Below, piece after piece: positions 1 through 9,670 of a stretch of DNA of 64,000 nt. Both the position numbers and the translations under genes were made by a program. Below the pieces are notes generated by a model that saw nothing but the letters and a program-made list of their open reading frames with translations, was not told where the DNA came from and did no database searches. This DNA is from a virus. Each line of letters begins with the position of its first letter. The stretch's first letter is position 1. Where the stretch lies: the IMG/VR virus record IMGVR_UViG_3300027896_000001, positions 110,650-174,649 of that record. One strand, written 5' to 3'.

Positions 1-414
1 AGTGATATTGAATTAAGAAAAAGATATAAATCGTATATTCAGCAACAACCGTCTTTCGATTATTTTACAAAAGAAGCTGCCAGAGGAAGAGGGCTTGCAA
101 GAGGAGTCGGCAGTATAATTGGCGGTACAGCACGACTGGGAGGAAAAGTAGTCAGAACGACATTGGGAGCATTAAATCCATTTGTGCCTAAAAAAATGCC
201 ATTAGGAAAAAAAGTTTTTAGATATACTGTACAGGGCGCTGCTGCGGGAGGTGTGGGTTACGGGATGGTCAACGCCGGCCGCGCCATAACAAGGCCAGGT
301 TCTCAAGGAGATTATAATACGCATTTAAGAAACAACCTTCTTGCTGGAAACATATCTCCAAATGAAATTTCTCCTATGGAACAACGAGGGGTTGCTGAAC
401 TGGGGACAAGATGA
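1..414 (+). CDS. Partial (5'-truncated) putative internal virion protein
   Basis: Frame is open from base 1 to the TGA at 414; contains the TKEAA (K-x-A) motif and Gly/Ala-rich segments like its neighbours. Confidence 0.6.
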   Translation, partial: SDIELRKRYKSYIQQQPSFDYFTKEAARGRGLARGVGSIIGGTARLGGKVVRTTLGALNPFVPKKMPLGKKVFRYTVQGAAAGGVGYGMVNAGRAITRPGSQGDYNTHLRNNLLAGNISPNEISPMEQRGVAELGTR

Positions 415-665
415 AAATAAAATACTGGTTACCATTTTTCAGAAATGAACTTGAAAAAATAGCCATACCAATGATGCCTGTTCTTATGGGAGGCCTCACG
501 GTAATGCAGACAAAAGGCGATATAACTGAAACAAGAAAACAAAACAAACTTGAACCATTAAGGCAGAAAGAGCAATCTTTACAAACACCAGGATCAAATC
601 AGTATCAATTCGAAGGTGGAAAAAGAATTGACAATCAAGCAGCCACAGCTGCAAACTTATATTAA
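411..665 (+). CDS. Small putative head protein
   Basis: ATGA overlap with the previous gene; ELEKIA motif. Confidence 0.65.
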   Translation: MKIKYWLPFFRNELEKIAIPMMPVLMGGLTVMQTKGDITETRKQNKLEPLRQKEQSLQTPGSNQYQFEGGKRIDNQAATAANLY

Positions 666-676
666 AGGGAGACACT

Positions 677-1225
677 ATGTCAAACGGAATAAAAGAAGCA
701 GCAGACACTCTTTTAAAAAGTGGAAAAATCACGAAGGAAGAATATGATTCTCTTGATTTCGAAAAGGTGGCTGTAAAACTTAATTCACTTGAACGTTATG
801 GAAAATTTGTAAAAACATTGTGGCCGATACCGGTTACTATAGGAGCAGGTGTTCTTGCTAAAGAACTCATTGTTGATCCAATAGTCGCTAATCAACAAAT
901 AAACGCTTCTTACAAATCACTTGCAGAAAAAACTCCGCAATTAGCCGGAGAAGATCAGGCAAAAATAAGAGACTATTTTGATGTTGTAAGAACATATTCT
1001 CCTCATTCAGCGGCAAATCCTCTTGTGGCTGGCGCGCTCGTTAATAAAATGATTCAATTTGGCGGCGTCGATCATAAGTTGATACAGGATATCATAGCAA
1101 TACAAGAAGGCAAATCAGCTCTCAATGTTCTTCCTCCTGTTATAACTGAAGGGGCGAAAACTCTTGCAAAAGCTTCGGGTGGAGGAGATAAAACAACATC
1201 TATAATTAATAAAATATATCCATAA
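677..1225 (+). CDS. Putative internal head protein
   Basis: SD AGGGAG; IKEAA and FEKVA motifs. Confidence 0.7.
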   Translation: MSNGIKEAADTLLKSGKITKEEYDSLDFEKVAVKLNSLERYGKFVKTLWPIPVTIGAGVLAKELIVDPIVANQQINASYKSLAEKTPQLAGEDQAKIRDYFDVVRTYSPHSAANPLVAGALVNKMIQFGGVDHKLIQDIIAIQEGKSALNVLPPVITEGAKTLAKASGGGDKTTSIINKIYP

Positions 1226-1227
1226 TT

Positions 1228-1563
1228 ATGAATACAATAAAAACACTTCGAATAGCAATGGAAAAAGACGCATCTCTTCCAGGAGATATGGCTAAGGGTG
1301 TTTATAATTTTGTAAAAAAACAAAACCCTTGGGTTGTATTAGGTGGAACGGCAGGGTTAATAGGAGCCGGCGCATTAGCGACATATGCGGCTAAAAAAGT
1401 TCTTCCTACATTTCTTATATGGGATCAAAGCCGAAAAAACGAAGCAATGGATTACCAAACAATGCTATTAAGACAAATAGCTGATTCTGTAGAAAAGCCC
1501 GCGGCCTTACAGCCTCCAGGGACAGTTCCGGCGCAAAAATTACTGGTTGAACCTTTAGAATAG
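1228..1563 (+). CDS. Putative internal head protein with a hydrophobic Gly/Ala segment
   Basis: MEKDA motif; tightly packed in the operon. Confidence 0.65.
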   Translation: MNTIKTLRIAMEKDASLPGDMAKGVYNFVKKQNPWVVLGGTAGLIGAGALATYAAKKVLPTFLIWDQSRKNEAMDYQTMLLRQIADSVEKPAALQPPGTVPAQKLLVEPLE

Positions 1564-1566
1564 AAT

Positions 1567-3528
1567 ATGATTAAATTCGTTGAATACGAAGCGTTTGATG
1601 AACATGGACAACATATTGTTCCTGTGAACAGTTTATATCATATGAACAAGGTTGCCTCTGGTTCATATTCTCCAGAATTAATGAAAGTAATTCTGAATAT
1701 GAAGCGTAGACAGGATCGGTACTATGTTGTCATTAACGCATTAGGTTCGTATGAAATATGGGGGTGCAATAGAAATGGTGATGCATTTCCTGAAATAGGA
1801 TTAACTCATAAATCCTTAAGAACAGATATGGGAACACCAAATGATTATGGATATAAAACTTTTGAATATTACGCAAGACTTTACAAGCATCATGTAAATA
1901 AAGATCCTAATAATTCTTTCGGAGAAATAGTATTTGCACACTGGAATCCCGTCACGCATCGAGTTGAGCTTATTGTTGCTATTAACATGGAGAATGGAAA
2001 AGATATTATAGACGCCCTTGAAAAGCAACAACAAGTAGCTGTGTCGATGGGATGTAAGGTAAAATGGGACCGATGCAGTATATGCGGAAACAAAGCGGCT
2101 ACGAGAGAAAAATACTGCAAGCATCTCAAAGACTATATGAGAGAAGTTGTTGATAAGGATTTGTCTGAAATATGGTCAACAGAAACTGGTCGAAGAATTA
2201 TTCCTGGAATGCAGGTTTTTGCCTACAATGATTTTCCAAGATTTTTTGATATATCCAGAGTCTATATCGGCGCAGACAGAACATCATACATACTTGGAAA
2301 AGCGGCGTCAAAGGGATATACCGCCTATTCAGCAGACATTGCCGACGCATTAGGCGTCACTGATAAAATGATTGATAAATTAGCAATAGTCGGGAAACAA
2401 GGTGAAATAGAAAAAGAACTTGGCGGAGCTGTCAGCGAAAGCGACATTGATAAGCCTGACACTGACGGTTCAGTTTCAAATATCGAGGAAATGAATGTAA
2501 TAAGAAAAGCCCTTGATGAAAAAATAAGACACACAATAGCCGCAGAACCGAAACTTCCAAATAATTTACTGGATTCGATGTCTGCGTCTTTACCTTTAGA
2601 AACAATTTTTTCTACTTTATTCGGACTCGGAATACACCCGAAACCGGTTGAATTCCAAAGAATCATCCTTGTAAAAATAAACCAAAAACCTCTTGCTGAT
2701 GAACTTGAGGAAAATAATACGGTTTTTGATTACAATGATGATTCAGAAACCACTCCTATTGAGTTGTCTAATTCTGATTTCAGCGACACTCTTGGGAAAG
2801 CGCTCACTCCATTTCTTCAGGAGAGAAGTTGCTTTCCAAGCATGCTTGGACCAAGAATACGCGCTGTTATCATCAAGACAGCTCAATTAAATAGGAATGG
2901 CCAACCTTGGCCGGAAACGGAAAAAAAGGAAATGAGAATTGATCCTAGGCTTGCTGCTCTGGGAGGGTTAGCTGCACTATATTCTGGATTAAAATTAAAG
3001 GCGCTCGGTTATGGAGCAAAGGATTTGGCAGCAATTTTTGCCAATAAACCTTGGTTAAGAACTCTTTTTGGCGGAAGTGTAATGTGGAAAATTTATGATG
3101 AAATTGATAAGGGAAATATAGAAAATCAAGCATTACCTTCTGCAACCGCTTACGCCAATATTTTACAGAATACAAATCTTTCAGGGCATATTGTTAAACA
3201 AGCAGCTCGTTTTATCAAGCCTAAATTCAGGACAGACCTTGGCAATTCTTTAGGATATGGGCTCCTTACAAGCGCAGTTGCGCTTCCATCAGCCTATGTC
3301 GCAAACGCCTGGAATCAGAAGTCAATGTATGAAAAAGGTGTTGAAGTCTTTCCAGGCGCAAACAAATTAACATCCAATCCCATAAGCACCGCCATAGTTG
3401 GCGGAGGTGGAATTGCAGCGGCTCATTATGGTGGAACTAAAATGATTGATAAGATAATGGGGCCCAAATTTGTAGACAGGGCTGGAAAAGTAATTAAGAG
3501 CGGAATAAAGAATGTCTTGAAAAGGTAA
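1567..3528 (+). CDS. Prohead (capsid maturation) protease-like protein with Zn-finger insert and C-terminal extension
   Basis: NRNGDAF, HH.NKD and VSMGC.V..D.CSICG...C.H motifs typical of large-phage prohead proteases; lies upstream of scaffold and capsid genes. Confidence 0.7.
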   Translation: MIKFVEYEAFDEHGQHIVPVNSLYHMNKVASGSYSPELMKVILNMKRRQDRYYVVINALGSYEIWGCNRNGDAFPEIGLTHKSLRTDMGTPNDYGYKTFEYYARLYKHHVNKDPNNSFGEIVFAHWNPVTHRVELIVAINMENGKDIIDALEKQQQVAVSMGCKVKWDRCSICGNKAATREKYCKHLKDYMREVVDKDLSEIWSTETGRRIIPGMQVFAYNDFPRFFDISRVYIGADRTSYILGKAASKGYTAYSADIADALGVTDKMIDKLAIVGKQGEIEKELGGAVSESDIDKPDTDGSVSNIEEMNVIRKALDEKIRHTIAAEPKLPNNLLDSMSASLPLETIFSTLFGLGIHPKPVEFQRIILVKINQKPLADELEENNTVFDYNDDSETTPIELSNSDFSDTLGKALTPFLQERSCFPSMLGPRIRAVIIKTAQLNRNGQPWPETEKKEMRIDPRLAALGGLAALYSGLKLKALGYGAKDLAAIFANKPWLRTLFGGSVMWKIYDEIDKGNIENQALPSATAYANILQNTNLSGHIVKQAARFIKPKFRTDLGNSLGYGLLTSAVALPSAYVANAWNQKSMYEKGVEVFPGANKLTSNPISTAIVGGGGIAAAHYGGTKMIDKIMGPKFVDRAGKVIKSGIKNVLKR

Positions 3529-3539
3529 TGCCGAGGTTT

Positions 3540-3549
3540 TATAATTAAA
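3540..3549 (+). promoter_or_regulatory. Putative late promoter TATAATTAAA (one of about 7 copies)
   Basis: (T/G)ATAATTAA(A/T) recurs upstream of structural genes at 1201, 3540, 5008, 7310, 8820, 10981 and 29047. Confidence 0.5.
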
Positions 3550-3633
3550 TTGCGTCCTGGATATTATCTAAGTTATATTATTAACTGTTGAAACTGTTTA
3601 CAACCTTTTTTTCCTAAATAATGGAGGATCCAA

Positions 3634-4536
3634 ATGGAACGCAGAACCAGTCATTTTGAAGACCATCTCAGTGTCGTCGAAGCCGGCCACGAAAAAACCG
3701 CATCGAAACTCTCAGCAAAAGGACAAAATACAACCCTACTCGCCAAACTCGCCGCAGAACTCGGGCTTGAAGGCAATCCGCCAGTAGCAGAAGGACAGAA
3801 AGAACTTCCAGGACGCGAACCTTCAGAGGCCAGTACCGAAGTCGCTGCCGCAATGGACGGTGTCGCGAATCCGCAGCTTGTCGCGGCAGGGACAGACGTC
3901 GCGGCCCAGGCAATAGGAATGGAACCCAAGGTCGTCGGTGAGACCGATCCAGTCCTCATTGCGACAGGCGAAGGCGAAGTGACCGATGCCGAAAATCTGA
4001 ACCGTACCGAAGAGGCTGTCGCGGCCGCCGGTCGCGGAGCAGGCGGGGCGCAGGAAGGAAAACTTGAAACGGCGGCTGTCAATGCTCCTGAAAAAGCGGA
4101 AGCCGAAAAAGTCGGCCAGCTTATCGCCAGATCATTCCAAGCAACGTTGGAAAAAGACGCCGCGGATATCGAGTACACGGAAGCGCTCAATTTCCTCGCT
4201 GACAGGGGTATGCTGGACAATTATACGATTCGGGATCCCGGCCTCGAAAAAGTAGCATCGGAAGAAGTTGATGCACTCGAGAAAATCGCAAGCGGTCAGC
4301 CGCTTACGAGGGATGATGTCATCGCTGCCGCTGCCCAATATATCGAGGTCGAAAAAATCGCCGAAGAGGCAGATGCTCAAGGCCGCGCGGAAGCGCACGA
4401 GCTTGTGGAACAGGTTGCCGAGGAAGAGAAGCTTGCAGAGCTTGAGAACGAAGAGCAGGAAAAAATCGCCGAGCTTATGCAGGACGAGAACGTAGTCGCC
4501 GCGGTGAAGGTTCTGAAACAGTACAACCTCCTGTAA
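3634..4536 (+). CDS. Scaffold-like acidic head protein
   Basis: Acidic and helical, at least seven EKxA motifs, strong SD GGAGG, located between protease and capsid genes. Confidence 0.65.
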   Translation: MERRTSHFEDHLSVVEAGHEKTASKLSAKGQNTTLLAKLAAELGLEGNPPVAEGQKELPGREPSEASTEVAAAMDGVANPQLVAAGTDVAAQAIGMEPKVVGETDPVLIATGEGEVTDAENLNRTEEAVAAAGRGAGGAQEGKLETAAVNAPEKAEAEKVGQLIARSFQATLEKDAADIEYTEALNFLADRGMLDNYTIRDPGLEKVASEEVDALEKIASGQPLTRDDVIAAAAQYIEVEKIAEEADAQGRAEAHELVEQVAEEEKLAELENEEQEKIAELMQDENVVAAVKVLKQYNLL

Positions 4537-4561
4537 TCACTCGTTGATATAGGAGCGTTCG

Positions 4562-5065
4562 ATGTTGATGAAAGAAACAAATATCGGCCGCCTTATCCTG
4601 GAAAATATCCCAATGGTTAAGGTGGCCGATAAAAATAAAAATTTCGACCCTTCCAGGGCTGTTGTAATCGCACAGGGATTGGCCAAGGTCGCATCATATC
4701 AGTACAATGAAAAGGTGTACCAGTCAGTCCAAGAAATGATGAAAATAGCCTCGGAATGTCTTGTCAATCTCAAATCCGCGTTCGACGAGGCAATGGAGAA
4801 AAATGCTCAGCTGCGCAAGGCGGCTGAAGTTCAATGCATCATAGAGGACATGATGCTTAATGGCCTTGTTGGAGAACACGAAGTTCAAGAGAAGGTCGCC
4901 GAACTTATGGGCAAAACTCCTGAAAAGCTTGAAATAATGAAAGAGGCTGTCAAGCTTGCCAGTGGCGGAAAGAGTGGAAATATTTTTTCATTGGAAGCGG
5001 ATTCTCCTATAATTAAAACCGCTTCTCAGAAACCTGGTATTTTTGATTCGGTAATTCCACAGTAA
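4562..5065 (+). CDS. Scaffold/internal head protein
   Basis: Seven K-x-A motifs in 167 aa; helical. Confidence 0.6.
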   Translation: MLMKETNIGRLILENIPMVKVADKNKNFDPSRAVVIAQGLAKVASYQYNEKVYQSVQEMMKIASECLVNLKSAFDEAMEKNAQLRKAAEVQCIIEDMMLNGLVGEHEVQEKVAELMGKTPEKLEIMKEAVKLASGGKSGNIFSLEADSPIIKTASQKPGIFDSVIPQ

Positions 5066-5086
5066 TCACAAACAAAGGAGTATCAC

Positions 5087-5608
5087 ATGTTGGAAATTCT
5101 TACCCCACTTAATAAGTGCGAACGCGTATCTCGGCAGATCGCCCCTGCAACATTTGTTGCAAAACCGGGCGAATGGGCTCAGGTTGAGTCCGACGGTTCA
5201 CTGATCAATGTAGAGGCCGGCGTAAATGCAAAAATCAACAAACTCGTTATTGGCAGTGCATCATCGAACCAATACGAGTCTCATGACGTTGAGGTGGGGC
5301 GCATCACCTCGATGGAAAGCCATGGAATCCGCTGCAAGGTCGATACTGTTGGTTTTCACGATGTTGTTTCCCAGGGCGACGAACTCGTCGTTTCGAGCGC
5401 GTCGGATTCCCTTGGCAAACTGATGTCGGTCAACAGGGCAGCTTCGGGAACATACGAGGTTGTTGCAAGGGCAGAAGAAGTGAATCTCACAACCGGCTAT
5501 CTCATTTTCAGAACCGTGTCTCCGTATATGAAGGCCGTTTCTCACGCAAGTACGAGCGCGAGTGCTTCGGCCAGCCCGTCGGCAAGTGTGTCGGCGAGTC
5601 CTTCCTAG
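5087..5608 (+). CDS. Capsid decoration/cement-like protein with C-terminal Ser/Ala/Pro tail
   Basis: Small beta-rich protein directly upstream of the MCP; ends [22 protein letters not shown]; paralog of 8105..8821. Confidence 0.6.
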   Translation: MLEILTPLNKCERVSRQIAPATFVAKPGEWAQVESDGSLINVEAGVNAKINKLVIGSASSNQYESHDVEVGRITSMESHGIRCKVDTVGFHDVVSQGDELVVSSASDSLGKLMSVNRAASGTYEVVARAEEVNLTTGYLIFRTVSPYMKAVSHASTSASASASPSASVSASPS

Positions 5609-5709
5609 TCAATAAAAAGGTTGGGGCCGTACCTTTAAATCGGCCCACGTTTAACTGAACGAAATCAGTAAAACTAAAAGTTTCTAAACCAAATTAAAAG
5701 GAGCCAAGT

Positions 5710-6738
5710 ATGTTGCGAGATCTTTCTGCGGTCCAGTTTAACGAGGCCTTCCTCGAAAAAATTGCGACCATTGAAGGGCAGGCGCAACTTACAGAGGCCG
5801 GTCGTCAATACGTCAAGACCGAGCTTCTGGAAGCTGCGTTTTCGCGCGCGATAATTCCCCAGGAACCAGTCACGACATCTGATTGTCAGAGGAACATCAA
5901 CGACAATTCCCTGTACATCATTCGCGACATCGAACCCGAGGCAGCGGCCGTCGGCGTCGACAACCTGGGTGAGCCCAATGGCAAATACGTGAAGGGTGAA
6001 AGGTACATCATCCCGATCGTGAACTTTGCCACAAACCGGTTCCAGATCACCGTGGAAGACCTTCGTGCGTACCAGTACAAAATCACGAAGCGTATCGAGG
6101 ACAAATCGGTGCCAGTCCTCGAAAAATTGGAAGACAAGTTCTTCCTTCGTCTCGTCGGCGCCGCTGTTGGTGTTGCCTCTGCCGGTTCCCAAAAAGCCGT
6201 TGCATACGCGGCCGGCGACAACACTCTGGAAATTTCGACACGCGACATCGTCAAGATCAAGAACACTCTCGCGTCTGGCATCAATGGCAGCGATGCAAAG
6301 CGCAAAGAGGTCGGCTGCATTCTCATGTGCCAGGAAGCATTCGAAACCGCAGTCATTCTGCCGAGTGCCGGCGATGACTTCGGTAAGGACCGTGTTCTGA
6401 ATGGTATCTCTTCGGATACCCTCTTCGGAACAAAGGTCGTTCGGACAATCAAGAGCGATGTTCTGCCGCGCGGCCACATGTGGGCCTTCACGACCCCGGA
6501 CTTTTTCGGCCACAATTTCGCATTGGGCGATCCCAATTTCGAAATCAAGTCGAACTTCGGGCTCATCGAATGGCAGACGAAGGAATCAATCGGAATGGGT
6601 ATCGGGAACGCCCTTTCCGCAGCGCTTATGACTCTCAAGGGTTCCGTGAATCCGGGCGGGTCGACCCCTCTCGTGGTTACATCAGACGGAACAGTTCCTC
6701 AGGCAATTCTGGATTACTACGCTTCTCTAAAGGTGTAA
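5710..6738 (+). CDS. Major capsid protein (HK97 fold likely)
   Basis: 342 aa, strong SD, strongly biased C-ending codons, followed by a strong terminator; position after protease, scaffold and decoration genes. Confidence 0.8.
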   Translation: MLRDLSAVQFNEAFLEKIATIEGQAQLTEAGRQYVKTELLEAAFSRAIIPQEPVTTSDCQRNINDNSLYIIRDIEPEAAAVGVDNLGEPNGKYVKGERYIIPIVNFATNRFQITVEDLRAYQYKITKRIEDKSVPVLEKLEDKFFLRLVGAAVGVASAGSQKAVAYAAGDNTLEISTRDIVKIKNTLASGINGSDAKRKEVGCILMCQEAFETAVILPSAGDDFGKDRVLNGISSDTLFGTKVVRTIKSDVLPRGHMWAFTTPDFFGHNFALGDPNFEIKSNFGLIEWQTKESIGMGIGNALSAALMTLKGSVNPGGSTPLVVTSDGTVPQAILDYYASLKV

Positions 6739-6764
6739 GCCTGAAAGAAAGCGTATCGTTGGCG

Positions 6765-6799
6765 AAAAAAAAGGCCTGGCCCATCGGCCGGGCCTTTTT
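6765..6799 (+). terminator. Rho-independent terminator after the MCP (bidirectional form)
   Basis: A8-GGCCTGGCC-loop-GGCCGGGCC-T5. Confidence 0.85.
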
Positions 6800-6822
6800 G
6801 ACAAGAAATAAGAAGGTTTATT

Positions 6823-7314
6823 ATGGCACTATCATTAAGCGAATATAGAGATGCGTTGCGCACGTTTCTTAAGGATAGCCCTGAACTAAATAGATTGTTA
6901 AAATTTGAAAAAGAAAACACAGATCCTCAATTGGATCTTTATTTAAATATGGCAATTGGTTTCTTGAATTCAATTCCACCTTACATAGGGCCGTTTAGTT
7001 GGGAAAATTTTCCGATACCAAATCTTGTAATACATCAAGCCACAATTGAATCTTTAATATCAAATAGTATTGTTCAGGCAAGAAATGAATTAACTTATAA
7101 TAACGGCGGCGTCACTCTTAAAGTTGCAGACGGCGCAAGATACGTCACGATTATTCAATTAATATATCGCGCAACCGATCAGGAAATAAGCGCATTGAAA
7201 AACATAAAAATAGCCATCAATATTCAACAGGGATATGGCGGCGTTTCAAGCCCATATTCCTATTTGCATGGAAGATCAGCAATTCTTAATCCCAATTCAA
7301 TATTGGCTGGATAA
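6823..7314 (+). CDS. Putative head-tail adaptor/neck protein
   Basis: Position after the MCP, size and helical character. Confidence 0.5.
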   Translation: MALSLSEYRDALRTFLKDSPELNRLLKFEKENTDPQLDLYLNMAIGFLNSIPPYIGPFSWENFPIPNLVIHQATIESLISNSIVQARNELTYNNGGVTLKVADGARYVTIIQLIYRATDQEISALKNIKIAINIQQGYGGVSSPYSYLHGRSAILNPNSILAG

Positions 7315-7330
7315 TTAAAAAGGAGTATTC

Positions 7331-8071
7331 ATGGAACAGACAACTCTTAAAAAACAGGCTTGTGATGCAGGCAGAAGAGCAGCTTCTGCAGCTAAAAAAA
7401 GCATGCCTATGAAAAAACTCGCCCAAGGAGATTCAACAGCTTTTGACGAACGTGTTCCATCAAACGATGTAGGAATGCAAATGTCAGAAACTCAAGGTCA
7501 ACCCCAGCCAATGAAAGAAGCTGACCTTGCTCCTGGTTCAGATCAATATGCAGCCGTTCCAAACGCAGAAGGATTTCAAAATGCGGAAGGAATGGATGAA
7601 GGATTGCCGGCTGCGCCCCCGGAGATGATAGGGGCGGCCCATTCGTTTTTAGGCCCGGATGTCATGCAGGCCGCAATAGGAGGCGACCCAAACGCTCAGG
7701 ACCTCATAGCGCGAACAGCAGCGCAGGTAGGAAGCGCTTTCATGACTATGTCTGCCAATACCCAGCCTCAGCAGGATATGGGCGCACAGCCAGGCATGGA
7801 GGGCATGGAAGGTCAGGAACAGGCTCAGATGGCTCCGCCAGCAATTACCTCTCCTGAAGAGGATTTGGCGGCCGAACTGGTGCCAAATGTGATTTCTCCA
7901 GTCCCACAGGCCGGAATGAATCAAGGGATGGCAGAACCAATTCCTGGTCAGTCCGCTCCAGAAGGGGCAGCTCCTGCCGAAGGAGAGCCAGAAGGTGAAG
8001 GAGAAAATCAGAAAGTCGATATAGGAACTGTTGCAAAATTAATCAATCTTGCGAAAGCAGGAAAAATTTAA
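7331..8071 (+). CDS. Acidic Pro/Gln/Met-rich putative internal head protein
   Basis: Low complexity; KKQA, KKLA and KEA motifs; SD AGGAG. Confidence 0.6.
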   Translation: MEQTTLKKQACDAGRRAASAAKKSMPMKKLAQGDSTAFDERVPSNDVGMQMSETQGQPQPMKEADLAPGSDQYAAVPNAEGFQNAEGMDEGLPAAPPEMIGAAHSFLGPDVMQAAIGGDPNAQDLIARTAAQVGSAFMTMSANTQPQQDMGAQPGMEGMEGQEQAQMAPPAITSPEEDLAAELVPNVISPVPQAGMNQGMAEPIPGQSAPEGAAPAEGEPEGEGENQKVDIGTVAKLINLAKAGKI

Positions 8072-8104
8072 TCTGAATTTTCAATCAACTTAAAGGAGAA
8101 ACCT

Positions 8105-8821
8105 ATGGCAGATTCACCGTCAATCAGCCCGTCAGCTTCTGAAAGCACATCGGTAAGTCCCTCAGGGTCAGCCAGCGCATCGGTAAGTCCCTCAGGGTCA
8201 GCCAGCGCATCAGTAAGCCCCTCAGGGTCAGCCAGCGCATCAGTAAGTCCCTCGGGGTCGGCCAGCGCATCAGTAAGTCCTTCCGGATCGGGAAGTCCTT
8301 CCGGATCAAAAAGCCCGTCCGCGTCACCAAGCGCTTCGCCGTCTGCGGCAATACCGGAAAAACCCATGCTCGAAATTTTAACACTGATGGAAAAGATCGA
8401 AAGGGTTTCCCGGTCGATAGAGTCAAGTTTTGTGGCCTACCCAGGACTCTGGGCGGTACTCAATAATGACGGCTCGATCGAAAACATCACAGAAGGGTCG
8501 AATGCGAAGGTTAATAAACTCGTTATTGGATCCAAGTCATCCAGTGTCTACGAGTCGCATGACACCGCGGTCGGAAGAATAACGACCATGGAAAGTCATG
8601 GCACAAGATGCAAAGTCAATTCCGGCGGATTCTACGGCAAAGTAAACCAGGGCGACAGGCTTGTGGTTTCGAGCTTTGCCAATTCACTCGGCAAGCTTGT
8701 ATCCGTTGAAGAAACCGCAGAAACAGGAGATCATGAAATAGTTGCGCGGTGCGAAGAGGTCGATCCAAACGGCGATTGGATCGTCTTCAGGACAATGTCG
8801 CCAACAATCGTTTCTCTTTGA
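8105..8821 (+). CDS. Second decoration-like protein with N-terminal SPSGSASASV repeats
   Basis: Region from MLEILT onward aligns by eye with 5087..5608 (NAK.NKLVIGS, YESHD, GRIT.MESHG.RCKV). Confidence 0.7.
   Translation: MADSPSISPSASESTSVSPSGSASASVSPSGSASASVSPSGSASASVSPSGSASASVSPSGSGSPSGSKSPSASPSASPSAAIPEKPMLEILTLMEKIERVSRSIESSFVAYPGLWAVLNNDGSIENITEGSNAKVNKLVIGSKSSSVYESHDTAVGRITTMESHGTRCKVNSGGFYGKVNQGDRLVVSSFANSLGKLVSVEETAETGDHEIVARCEEVDPNGDWIVFRTMSPTIVSL
8144..8290 (+). repeat. 30-bp tandem repeat, about 5 copies, encoding SASVSPSGSA
   Basis: Near-identical units AGCGCATCGGTAAGTCCCTCAGGGTCAGCC. Confidence 0.9.
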
Positions 8822-8846
8822 TAATTAAAACATTTTTAAAGTCCAT

Positions 8847-8885
8847 AGAGGCAATAATACTATTTATCGTACTATTGCCTCTTTT
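8847..8885 (+). terminator. Rho-independent terminator
   Basis: AGAGGCAATA/TATTGCCTCT stem followed by a T run. Confidence 0.6.
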
Positions 8886-8905
8886 GGCTTAATAAGGTAG
8901 ATAAG

Positions 8906-9670
8906 ATGCGTTTGACAATAGGTATGCCAAGTTATAATAATTTTTCTGAAGTCTGGTTTACCATTCAGGCTTTAAGAATGTATCATAACTTAAAAGATTG
9001 TGAAATACTTGTAGTCGATAATTTTGGTGAAAAAAACATGGAAAAATTTATAAAACAAAATGGTAAAGGAATAGTTAGATATGAAAAATTTGTAGATCGC
9101 GTAGGAACAAGTTGTGCTAAAAATAAGATATTCGAACTGGCAAAAGGCGAAATGGTTATTTGCATGGATTCTCATGTTTTACTTAAACCCGGGGCTCTTG
9201 ATAATATTCCTGTTACAGATGACTTGATCCATGGCCCATTAATATACGCCAGTACAAATTATTATTGTTGTGAATGGCTGCCGGTATGGCGCGGGAATAT
9301 GTGGGGAATATGGGGAAAAAGTGTTACAAAACTGCCAGACAAACCATTCGAAATATGGGGAATGGGGTGTGGATTTTTTTTAACAAAAAAAAGCAGTTGG
9401 CTTGGTTACAATAAAAACTTTAAAGGATTCGGAGGAGAACAAGGATATCTTCACGAAAAATACAGAAAAGCAGGAAGAAAAGTATGGTGCTATCCTCAGT
9501 TCGTATGGATGCACATGTTTGATAGAAAAATACCTTATCCATTAGATATGTCATTAAGAGTGAGGAATTACATTATAGGATTTCAAGAATTAGGGCTTGA
9601 TACCACTCCAATAAAACAGCATTACGGAGAAAAACTTTTTACAGAAGCAATGGCTAAAATAAATGGATAA
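8906..9670 (+). CDS. Glycosyltransferase family 2
   Basis: LTIGMPSYN, EILVVDN, AKGE..ICMDSH, FKGFGGE. Confidence 0.85.
   Translation: MRLTIGMPSYNNFSEVWFTIQALRMYHNLKDCEILVVDNFGEKNMEKFIKQNGKGIVRYEKFVDRVGTSCAKNKIFELAKGEMVICMDSHVLLKPGALDNIPVTDDLIHGPLIYASTNYYCCEWLPVWRGNMWGIWGKSVTKLPDKPFEIWGMGCGFFLTKKSSWLGYNKNFKGFGGEQGYLHEKYRKAGRKVWCYPQFVWMHMFDRKIPYPLDMSLRVRNYIIGFQELGLDTTPIKQHYGEKLFTEAMAKING

Noticed and set aside
5674-6638. Long antisense ORFs over the major capsid gene
   Set aside because: Typical by-product of strong codon bias in a highly expressed gene
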